Shown here one piece after another: positions 1 through 10,709 of a DNA stretch of 64,000 nucleotides. Made by a program: the position numbers and the translations under genes. Where the stretch lies: contig JBEWZL010000266.1 in NCBI GenBank assembly GCA_045837725.1, positions 62,001 through 126,000 of the forward strand, in the 5' to 3' direction. The notes below the pieces were generated by a model that was not told the DNA's origin, searched no databases, and worked only from the letters and a program-made list of their open reading frames with translations. Origin of the DNA: Vermamoeba vermiformis. Its lineage: Eukaryota. Numbering within the stretch: the stretch's first letter is position 1; every line of letters starts with the position of its first letter.

Positions 1-1645
1 CGCGACAGTTTTAGACCTGCGATCTAAAAACGGAATCGTATCTTTGCAATGATTTGATTACAAAAATAACTAATATCTGCGATTCATACGCATATGCAAT
101 GTAATCGTAGCGAAAAAATAAACTATAGCGAGTGGAATATTAAAGCATACCTGAGATGTCAGCGAACAACACGCAGCTAAGATAGCTCTCGGTTTCAGGT
201 GCTCTAATAGGTCGATGTGGCTCGTTGATAAATCTTCGAACGACAATTTTGGGCACAAAACTCATCAAGGCTTTGATAAGCGGTGTTTTTTCTCGAGATG
301 CGATCTCTTGAAATTGGGGATCGTCCACTTTGATCGAGGAGCCAGAACGTGCAATAGCCTTATTATCGAACCAGAACGATCTATATGCAGCATCTTGCTT
401 AATCTGTAGGTAGATCCGTCAGTATGGGTTAGAAATGAAATTCGTTAGGAAAACGGCTAGTATTTAAAAATTAAATAAATTTCAATATAATTACTTCAGT
501 TAAATAGTAGAATAATAATACGATGATTAATAATTAAAATATTCTCATTCGCTCGCGATCATACAATTGCAGCGTTTGGATGAACGTCTACGATAACTTC
601 ATCGACAATCGGTGGTGACGCCTCTGTCTGGGCATGCTTATGTTTATGCTCCTTATTCTTTTTCTTTTTATCTTTTTGTTTTAATTTTTTATCTTTCTTC
701 TTTTTCTTTTGCTCTTTTGTCGCCTTGTCTGGCATGTTTAAACAAGATCTTCAAAGATATACAAATATATTATATATATTAACGTTCAATACGTTTTCAT
801 AATTATTTGACGTTGTTTTGTGGTAGTTTTGTTGTTCGCACGCGAATAAATGAAACGCGTGACGGATTTGACAGTTAACAAAAAAAGCAACATTGCAGCA
901 ATCAATAAACCTCAAACTTAACATGATGGTATACTAGCCGTGTCCATAATAAAAAAAGAATAGTCCGTACCTTGTCAAACTCCCAATCAGCAGGCACATC
1001 CTCCGACGTGTACTCGCCTTCAGAATCCACGCTTGGCACTGAACTGCGTGGGGTTAACTCGAGCCTATTCTCGAAATTAGGTATGCAGAAGTGCGCTACC
1101 AATGCTGCAAATGCTCCTGTCAAAGTGTTGTGTTCCTCGATCACGGATGGGATTTGCCCGCCTTCAAAAATTCTTTTCCAACCAACCGCGTGGCGCGCTG
1201 ATTTCTTCGGTGATTTGTTGACTGCATTGTTTTGTGTTGTGGCGAGGTTGATAGACAGCTTTCTGTAGCGAGGAGAGATGTTTTCACCCGTGCCAGCACG
1301 ACCTTCGTCGGATGGCGTACGTTTGTGCATGAATAACACTGGGTCTTTTTCTCTCGACGCTGAAAATCGTTTCCTTTTGTTCTCCGTATCGGCTGATCGT
1401 GGGGATGAGCCTCGGTCTTTTTGTTTCTTCAAGTCTTCTGGTCGAAGCGAGATGCGCTCCACTTTGGGTTCTTTTTTCTGGTGTACCGCTGATAGATCTG
1501 TTTGCCTTCGCGCTTTTAATTCTTCCGCAGATATCTTCTTAATTGCAGGCACGTCGGATGACCCAGACATGTCCGTTTTAGCTGTTTTATGACCTTTTGG
1601 TTTGGATGCGGAACTGTGGTCACTTTGATCGTTAGATTTCTCCAT
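1..1645 (-). CDS. Soluble class III nucleotide cyclase (ADCY10/sGC-like), 5' part; runs off window start
   Basis: Exon 1645-971 (low-complexity N-terminus, GTACGG donor) splices in phase 0 to exon 403-151, ending LMSFVPKIVVRRF...PETESYLSCVLFADISG, which resembles the start of the first catalytic domain of ADCY10-type cyclases. Confidence 0.75.
565..735 (-). CDS. Putative alternative first coding exon of the cyclase gene (57 aa, Lys-rich)
   Basis: Open frame MPDKATKEQKKKKKDKKLKQKDKKKKNKEHKHKHAQTEASPPIVDEVIVDVHPNAAI followed directly by a GTATGA donor in phase 0, compatible with the acceptor before 403. In-frame stop just upstream of the ATG. Confidence 0.6.
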
Positions 1646-2420
1646 CAGTTCTGTAAAAATTAATAAATCGTCAATATACACTTCTACGTTATTATATAAT
1701 AGAAGGGAGGTAAAATGGCGCAATTATATATTTGTCCTTCGCTCTTTAAAAAATGCAATTAATTAATTATCGCGACAAGCGAACCGATTGGCATTAGGGC
1801 ATCAAAAAATACTTACGTAGTCACTATTATATCATGTTAAATTATTATTGTATGTTTCTTCATGATCCGTCGTACAAAGCTCCGTTGCTGATCTGCCGGT
1901 GAAATTAATCCTTGTGGATCGGGTTAGAATTAATTCGCCTCGATTGCAGACCTAAGAATAATAATAATATCAATGTGCGTCTGTCTGTGTCGCGTAAAAT
2001 ATAAGAGTTGAATTCCGCTTGAAAACTCGAAATGCGCCAACCCAGTAACGGTCAAATTAGGTCATTTTTTGAAATAGGAGCAATAACTACCACTAAGGCG
2101 AGATACAAAGGACAAGAAGTTCGCGAATAGAGCGATGATTCAGTTAGTGTTACAAACGAACGGAGAAAGTAAAGTACGAGATGAGCTTTGTTTGAAAGTC
2201 TCATTTTATTCAAGCCCTTTCAAACTTAATAGTCCTATAAACATATTACAAAGTGCGCTCTGCGTTATTATTTACTGGGGAGGGGCTTGTTGGTTGCCTA
2301 ATTGACGAAAAAACAATTAGTAAGTGAGTTCACAACGCGGCCACGCAGTGGATGACGAAATTTTCGCTGGATCCGGCTTATATTTAATCTATTAACCGTC
2401 CCAGCGCGGCTGTAATTTTC

Positions 2421-3000
2421 TTAAGGGTACTTACTCTTGCTGCATTGAGAGAAGTAGCTGTAGGCCCATTGGCATTGGCCGATTTGGTTTTCGTTGTCCT
2501 CCAAGCACTTCAAGAAACCTTGGAAAGGTTGGCTGCAAGGACCAAGTTGCTTCTCGGCGGCTTGGGCTTGTTCACCGCTGCCAAAGATGGATCTGGAGAT
2601 AGCGGAGCCGACCATAGTACCGACGATCTGAAAAATTATTATTAATTTTACGGTCACTATAAATTACCACAAGCGCGTATTTCATGTCTACTACGCATTT
2701 TAGTATTGTTTTGATAATTTTAATAATTCTTTGCGGCCTGTGAATGAGTCCACCGAATAATTATTTCGCATCGATACTTACGGAGCCACCAACAGTAGAG
2801 AGGAAGCTACCACCCATACCACCAGTAGGAGCAGCAGTGGGTTGAGCGCCAGGAGCGGCTTGTTGAGGAGGCTTTTGAGCTTGAGGAGCAGATTGTTGAA
2901 CGGGCTTGGGAGCAGGGGCAGGAGGAGCAGATTTGTGAGGAGCAGTAGTAGTAGGGCGAGAGGCGCTAGCTGAGCGACCGCTGGATCTTCCACGAGGCAT
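2421..3000 (-). CDS. CHCHD2/CHCHD10 (Mix17)-like mitochondrial protein
   Basis: Exons 3000-2782 and 2627-2421. MPRGRSSGRS start, Pro/Ala-rich linker, Gly-rich hydrophobic helix (VGTMVGSAISRSIFG), twin CX9C (CSQPFQGFLKC...CQWAYSYFSQC). Confidence 0.9.
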
Positions 3001-3191
3001 GTTGGAGTTATGTGTTGTTTGATTACGTGTTAAATTAGAATAAACGAAAATTTCCTGCGCAAGGTTTTTCTGCCTTCGCGTCACGTGACTCGTTATGGAA
3101 CTCAGCAGAACTGCCGCGCTAAGGCACCAAACTTGAATCATGTGTCATACCACGTCCGCAGGCCCGGTTATAAAGGTATTCAAGAATGGAG

Positions 3192-4491
3192 TTAACCTCG
3201 GGAGGCAGATCCGGTTGTTGCGTTCGGATCCGTTGAGTTCAGTGCATTGTTTTTTGACAAATCATCGCTAGACTGTATTCCAAACATCTTTTCTAGCTCT
3301 CTCGACTTGGTTTCAAGGTTCAGTCTCATTTGCTGGAGGTGCTCTCGGTGCACCTTCTCCCAGTCAACGATGCGACAACTGTACGTGTCTTTCCACACCT
3401 CGCTCTCTTCCATGTCCAGCGCAAATGCAAGTTGCGGGTACGTTTGTCGGAACTCAGGGTCTTTATATGGACGCTCGTATCTGCCCCTGCTGGCCCAAAT
3501 ATACTCTTTGATTGCTGTGCGGTACAGCTCTTCTTGCTTGAAAATGACGCACAAGACTAGTAGCTCGAAGGACGCAGTTACTGCGAGGTCGTGTACTAGT
3601 GTCGGTTGAATGTGCTCGCTAGTTTAGAGGACCGTTAGTAAGCCATAGCAAGAGCGTTGAAGACGTACCCGCACTTCGACATGCAATGGATCGTTGCTTT
3701 TCTTGCCAGCCACAACGACATTAGGTGAATGCTGAAAGTTGAAAATTGGTGCAAATCGGGCATTTTGCATGGCCGCATCTTTTTGGGCACCGAGAACTTT
3801 TTAACGGCTTGTTTTTCTGCAGTCGTCAGGCTATGATAGTGTTCCGTGAAATCGAATTCTTCTATGTCAGGGTAATACGCTTCAAAGCAAGCATTAAGTA
3901 TGCGTGGATGATTATATTTGAAGATTTACGTACAAAACAAGCGGTTCCATCGCCAGTTTTTCGCATCTGACTCCAGTTTTCTAAGTTCGTGCGGATCATA
4001 TCCTTCGTTATAATAAGTTCTTGCGAATTTTTTCTCAACATCGGGTGCATCCTCAATATCGAACTTCATGCTTCGCGCAATTCGATAAAGACTTTTTGCA
4101 CGAATTATAAAAAGCTCTCTGCTCTAACGGTAATAAAATATTATAATTTTAATATTATCCATAATTATTTTCTTAACAAATTATTGCTGCAAATCAGTGT
4201 AATGTAGCCGTGGAATAAATTTAAATTTTGTGTTTAAATATTTACCATTTGTTTATCATAGCCAATGTCATCAAGGAGGTGCTTAGTGTATGATTTATAC
4301 CATAGACCCACCAACATAGTGGAAGAATCATTTTTTAAAAGATATTCGTGCAACTCTTTACACGTTCGTCCAAAGCTCACCAAGACTTGCGGATGCGCTT
4401 CAGACAATAGCAAGTCTAATATTTCGAGCGGTAAGAGCCACGCAGAGCTCAAATCGGCCAGAGATTTGCGTAGCGTATTGTTGTCTTCCAT
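3192..4491 (-). CDS. F-box domain protein, multi-exon
   Basis: N-terminal LLPLEILDLLLSEAHPQVLVSFGRTCKELHEY fits the F-box pattern. Downstream exons (~4120-3870, ~3817-3669, 3556-3192) have canonical splice sites. Confidence 0.65.
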
Positions 4492-4738
4492 GCAAAAATT
4501 AAAATCGGTCTGATCGGGGTAGGTTCATCTCAACTTAACACCTGCATAAAAGTAATGTAATCTATTGATGCGTACTTCTAACGCTGACCGAGCGATATGG
4601 TGGCAAAACGGACTTGCCGCATTTTACCTTTTCTCCGTGCACCGGGAATCACACTCCGGATCCTAATGTACCGTTAAAAGCCGGTCATTTCGATCATTGT
4701 TCCAAGGCAATCAACAGAAAGCAGAAATCAAGACAAAA

Positions 4739-5635
4739 ATGTCAAACTCACGTGTCATTTTGATCACTGGTGCTTCGACTGGACTCGGGGCTGCAATGGC
4801 ATCGCAATTCTTGAAGGCTGGTCACATCGTTGTTGCTACTGCACGAGATGTTAGCAAAGTACTGCACTTTCAAGATCAACATCCTAGCAGAGCACTGGCT
4901 CTCAAGTTAGACGTAACCGATCCGAAACTGGTCAACGCCGCGGTGGAAGAAACGATTGCAAAGTTTGGTCGTATCGATGTCCTGATCAACAATGCAGGTT
5001 ATGGTCAGTTTGGCGCATTCGAAGAGCTGACAGAGAAGCAGATCCACGATCAAATGAACACGAACTTCTTTGGTCTGGTCAAAATGACTCAGAGAGTGCT
5101 GCCGATCATGCGCATTCAGAAGAGTGGTCACATCATCCAGATCAGTTCATCGGGCGGTCAGATAACAGTCCCTGGCTTGTCGATTTATCACGCGAGCAAG
5201 TTCGCGCTTGAAGGCCTGTCAGAAGCGATATCGAAAGAGACAGCTGCGTTCAATGTCAAAGTGACGATTGTAGAGCCAGGCGGTTTCAAGACAGATTTCG
5301 CTGGGAGATCGTTCCAACCTGAAGAAGTGAAATTGCCTGAATACGCTCCCAGTGTCGGAAAGGTGCGCGAAATGATCAATTTGTTGCACGGCAATGAAGC
5401 GGGAGACCCATATAAAGCAGCTGCTGCCATTCTCAAAGTGATCGAGTCTTCAAAGCCTCCTCTACGTCTTCTGCTCGGCACTGACGCCTATCAACTCGTG
5501 ACTCAAAGCAAAGTGCAACAGAATGCTGAGATCGAGGAATGGAAGCACGTGACGTTGTCTACTGACTTTGAGCACTTAAATACGAATGCGTTAGGTCAGG
5601 TCATGGACACCGTCAGCAGCGCTATGAATCGTTAG
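4739..5635 (+). CDS. Classical short-chain dehydrogenase/reductase, intronless
   Basis: TGASTGLG, NNAG and YHASK motifs; ATG at 4739 after an A-rich leader. Confidence 0.95.
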   Translation: MSNSRVILITGASTGLGAAMASQFLKAGHIVVATARDVSKVLHFQDQHPSRALALKLDVTDPKLVNAAVEETIAKFGRIDVLINNAGYGQFGAFEELTEKQIHDQMNTNFFGLVKMTQRVLPIMRIQKSGHIIQISSSGGQITVPGLSIYHASKFALEGLSEAISKETAAFNVKVTIVEPGGFKTDFAGRSFQPEEVKLPEYAPSVGKVREMINLLHGNEAGDPYKAAAAILKVIESSKPPLRLLLGTDAYQLVTQSKVQQNAEIEEWKHVTLSTDFEHLNTNALGQVMDTVSSAMNR

Positions 5636-5922
5636 ATTAGTTTTCAAGAGACGAAGTTATGGCAATTTAAAATAAATACTTTTTTACCTACTATTTTCCT
5701 TGTACACTTATTTAGTGCCCTATCCATACCGAACGCCGATCTGCAAGGAAAAATTTGGAGCTCTTTTTTATTACCAGCAAATTTACTCACGATGCGCCAA
5801 TAGTCCATTGTGTTTGTCAAGTGGTTAGTGGTGTGTCATATTAAAAGAAGGGAAATGCCGAAACGAGAACGGGCGCGCGGGCGTCTAGCCTCAACGGAGG
5901 GACCAGGCGAATCATAGACGTC

Positions 5923-7480
5923 CTAAGTCGAAGAGAGATTGCACTTGAAATCTCCGTAAGGAAAATGCACATTTCCTGGGAGTTCAATTCTGAAGAGTTC
6001 AGAGGAATTTCCACGGTAGAACGGGGATATAATTTCTCGGCCATTGCAAACTGCAACCGAGCTCGCAAGATATGATAATGCATTTGAATTGGGCGGTGCA
6101 TCCCATTTGTTGTCTATCAGATCCCAAACCAACGTGGATGTCCAAACGTTCATTGAAACCAGATCGATAACTTTGGAATCATTGAACTAAAAAATAATAA
6201 TATGAGCTTGTATATATGCACGCTATATCTTACATCAGTTGTGAACGGCGATACTGTCATTCTTCGCAAATACCTCAGATCGTACGTCTCGATCTGGTCG
6301 CCAGCGAGGTACAATTGGTTGCCATATGTATTTAAACTAACTCGATCAAGTATAGGAACATCGACGTCGACACTGGCCACTCTTTCGTTCTGCCTCGTAT
6401 CTTTGATGACTAAGCTAGTGGTTGACAGGCCATAGTACACATTGTCCCGCAGTGTCACGTGCTCGAGTCTCTCATCCCACGTGGAGACTAAATGACCTGT
6501 GCGCCAATCATAAACACATCCTAAACGTATAAAAGGACAAATTAGAACTATAGTAGGTGTCGTTCTGCCGGTGGATCTTACTCGGTGTCACGAGCCAGTT
6601 GTCGTTGACCGCGAAAGTGTCTTTAATTGTCGCTGGCACTGGCGTCTCAAAAAACCGCAAGGTCAGCTAAAGGGCACATTAGTAAGTGCTCAATAGATGC
6701 CTATACTTCCGTACCAAGTTTTTTGTGCTTAACAGTCTGATGGCGTTTGCAGTGTATACAAAGACAATGTTGCCATGGACACGAGCAGTGCTGGGCTTGT
6801 TCACCGGTGAAATGATCTTCGAAAGAGGTTTAGTCAGGTCAAAGAGGCTAATGTGGTCTGTGCTGCACACGACGAGCATGTCTTCTTTCAAGTCCAGCGA
6901 TGCAATGCCGCGGTGCGGTGGTATGACCAGCGGCTTGGCTTTAATCCTCACGCGGAATTTGTTGCTGCATCACATATAATATAAGTATGATAATAAGCTA
7001 TAGAGTGGCTATTTGACTTACTTGTAAGATTTGTAGAACACTTCGCGTGGGCTTTCTTTCGTCGCGGATGTGTTTTCAGTTACGACACGCAACGGAAAGT
7101 ATTTGCAGTACATATTGCTCCACACACTATGGTTGTTAATATATGCATTGAATTGCTTATTGACGAGTGAAAGAGCTGTAGCAGCTTGATGCGACATGAA
7201 GCCAATGAGGTAAACGATCATTTCAACTGGAAGGTCTTCGATTGGAAAAATCGAGTCCGGAGCTATTACATTGGTCAGTAAATAGTCAATTCGTATTAAA
7301 ATATTCTTACTTTCTCCTGTGTCTTTCAATAGACTGTGGATCCAGCCTAAAAACGAGAGTTTAGTGACAGATTTAAGACTTTTGATTAATAGCGCTGATG
7401 CACGTACTATCTTTAAACGGATCGAGGGTATATAAATACTGTTTAGGAAGCTCTTTGATGTGCTTCAGTAGGTGCGCCAT
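5923..7480 (-). CDS. F-box protein with probable beta-propeller (WD40-like) C-terminus; ends approximate
   Basis: IEDLPVEMIVYLIGFMSHQAATALSLVNKQFNAYINNHSVWSNMY is a clear F-box. Later exons have strand-like motifs (ISLFDL, IETYDLR, TLVWDL). Confidence 0.65.
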
Positions 7481-8026
7481 GATCAAGATACCCTTGGAAT
7501 TTCGGCTGTCAATCGTTTCTGACAGTGGCTTGAATGTTAAAGGTAAAGTTAAATTAGATAAAATGAGATATCTCTGTTTTATGATAGAATTAGAAAAAAG
7601 GAGAAAGAAAAAAGCCCAAGCCATCTATAGATCAGCAATCAAGACAATTATGCTGGTTCGTAAAGTCGTAATGCTGGCAAAAATAGCGGCACAAAGTTGA
7701 TATTTGGCAACTTGTTAAACACATCCAGCAAGAAATCTTCGAATTCACCAGCTAAGGTCAATATTTTTGGCACTTTGTGACTGAGTACGTAATTTAGGAA
7801 ATCTGGCTTGCCGTTCAATATATAGTGCAGCGTTGATATATCATTGAATATAACGGTGTAAACGTGCTCTAGATCTTCGCTACAAAAAAAAAATTAGCAA
7901 AAAAACTTTCCAGATCGACTACGTACGGCGAAAATTTCATAACAGTTACTATGTGCATCAATAAGATATTAATTCCAGGTTGAAGGCATTTCCGAGGTCT
8001 AAATAAGGCAAGAACTTTTTTCCGAT

Positions 8027-8135
8027 CACTGTGGTGTAAAACACGCTGTTTTTCGAATGAAAAATCCTGCCAGGAAAACTGTGTTTAAAAAACTTGTGTT
8101 TATTGGAAACAACGTTTTAATAAACAGTGTTTAAA
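8027..8135 (+). repeat. Left terminal inverted repeat and subterminal AAACA-N-TGTTT repeats
   Basis: TIR 8027-8044; nearby aaaactgtgttt, aaacttgtgttt, aaacaacgtttt, aaacagtgttt. Confidence 0.85.
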
Positions 8136-8258
8136 AATACAATAGATATTATTACAAGCGTTTGTTATTATTTTTCTTATATTAATAATTAATAGTTCTC
8201 AATGTATATTTAAAAATTATAATTAAAGAAGAGTTAGAAACATGCCAGCAGCTGGTCG

Positions 8259-10412
8259 TTAGTTAAAAAGAGCGGAAACATCGTTGAAGAGCTCACGGAA
8301 CTGTTTTGTCGAAGAAACAGCACTCTCTTTTAACAGGACAACTCTCTACGAACTAATTAGTTAATCAGTTCTAATAATTGTGCATTACTTGAAATAACGC
8401 TTCTGTCATCGGATATGCAGCGTTGTGCGCGTCTTCAGGAGCAAGCAGATTGACACCAATATGCATTAATGTTTTTTCATAATCGTTCTGCGACGGTTGA
8501 ACTTCTTCAATCGCTCACGAGCGTGCGTTCATCAAGGTGAATGAAGGCATCACTTGAAGATCGAACATCGATGCTGCATTGTGAACGAACTTGTAGCAAC
8601 TGTCTCGGATTGTCGCAAAGGGCAGTTCTGATATGGCAGCGATTAAGGCATCGCGAGTCAAATCCTGTTATCGTTAGAAAGTGGCAGTGAAATTGATGGT
8701 AACTCACAGGTATATCAATTGCGAACGTGCTCTTCAATAGAGGTATAAATTTCTTCGGAGCGTTTTTGAACGCGTAAGCGGAGAGCATGCACAGGAACAT
8801 CTGATTCTTGGTGAGTCTTAGTTTGAATAGCAGCGTAATACATACGTGAAAGCGTCGCTGAAGCCTTTCAGGCGTCAAAACGGTTTCTGAAGCGAATGAT
8901 AGATCGATCGCCGTCTAGCAGAGATTACTATTTCATATCATTAAGCAGGCTAACTTACAGCATAAAAGCGGGTGTTTCGATCAACGTATGGTGCAGCAAC
9001 GGAAAAAAACTCATCTCCTTCCGTCGAAAACATCAACGACACTCGTTGTCTTGTTGTCAGCATAAGAATGCTCTTAAATGCAATTAGAATTTATTTTGAC
9101 GAAGTTTCCGTACCTTGAAAGCGCAGCCAGAAAGTGCAACCAGGCCCTAAGTCATAATTTGCGTTAACAACGATCAAAATTGCACCTATGCTTACCGCAA
9201 GGTTGTAGGAACCAATTAACATTGAAGTGGAGCCAGTTGAAGGAGGTGTAAATATTTGATCGCTACCGACCAGTCGTAACTCATTGGTGTTTGTAATATC
9301 GAAGTGATATTCTGGAGCGCTGTCGAACGTAACCAACAACATCAATTTCTCGGACGCATTCCTGATAGTTATTTAGTATGCGTCAATTACGATCGTAATT
9401 TCGTCAAACTTACTGAGTGGTTGGCTCTTCAGATGGAAGTGACTTGGCTTTACCCTGTTGTTTTCTTTTTGGCTCCGTCGATGGCTTCTCATTCGTTCGT
9501 GGTGAATCGGGAGGCGTGTTGTTGTTTGGACCACGAGGAGACTTGGATTTTGATGTGAACCGTTGATTAGTGTTCGAGGCAGCAGGTTGCACAGTGTTGG
9601 CAACACCATTGCGATTTCCAGTGCTGGGAGATGACGATTGAGTGGCCTTTAGCGTTGTCGCACGTGTACGGTGAGGAGGGCTGGGCGGTTGAGGAGAACC
9701 ATTTGACTTGGTCACTTGCTTCGTACCAGGCTTGGGCGAAACTGGTGGCGACTCGCTTTACAAACGTGTTATCAATAGATTTAAACTTAATGTTACGCAC
9801 CAGTCAGACATTTCGTCGTTTTCAGCATTGGCATCATCGTCCATGTCTTCGTCATCGATGTCGTCGAAGTCATTACCAAGGAAATGTTGCAATCCGTGCT
9901 TGTACAATAAGTTACAACGTTTGCCAAATAAGGTAAATTCAACTTACCACGTGGTATTGTCGCAATCGACCACGGAGGAACTCCCACATGCGGTTTCGTA
10001 TGATTCGCTGCAGAATCTTGATGCCCATACCCGACTCGAGTGCATTTCTGAACTCTTTTGATGTACGAGAAGCAATAAACTTCTTGATAACGTCAGCGAA
10101 GTCGTTGTTGCGAATATTTTCTATTTAAATACGATTAATCTTTTGTTTAGAACTAGGATAAATTATTTACCATTGTAAAACTCGCTGTCTCGATAGATTG
10201 TGTTGGGAATCGTTTGTAGATGTTTGATTGACATAATAAATTTTCGATTCAGATCTTTTTTTAGATCCCGCAAAAGCAGTGTTAGCTCCTATAGTATTAA
10301 TATAATATTAGATATTTAATTTAACTAACGATTATTTGCTTACCCTGGAATGTTTCGTGATCCCCGACATAATGACAGATCGGCGACCCATTGAAGTATA
10401 AAATGAGGACAT
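8259..10412 (-). pseudogene. Transposon second (accessory) gene, unknown family, ~11 exons, one in-frame TGA at 8517-8515
   Basis: Exons join in frame from MSSFYTSMGRR through a helical region, an acidic tract (DFDDIDDEDMDDD), a Ser/Pro-rich linker and a globular C-terminus to TAA at 8261-8259. The frame stays open on both sides of the TGA. Confidence 0.7.
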
Positions 10413-10709
10413 GGTTGTTAATGTTGTTGGTATTGAATAAAATCGAATTGTTTTCCGCTTTTATTGTTTCCATGTTTACTTGTAATGGTGAAAAACCATT
10501 CGATCCACGGAGCTTGTTTTCGGCATTGGGGATACTCCAATCCACAAGGATTATCAGCGTTAATAAACGCATTGGAATGATAACCCCGGACAAATACAGA
10601 ATCTTCCTATTACGGTGAATTTGAAGGAAATTTACTGGAGCACTAACCCAAACATTTTGTTATAAAACAATTTTTTCAAACAAAACAACACAAATCACAA
10701 CGCTTCAAT

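Noticed and set aside
10321-10593. 90-aa ORF as the first exon of the transposon accessory gene
   Set aside because: Its phase at the donor near 10343 leads to a stop at a later junction; the frame from ATG 10412 splices through cleanly.
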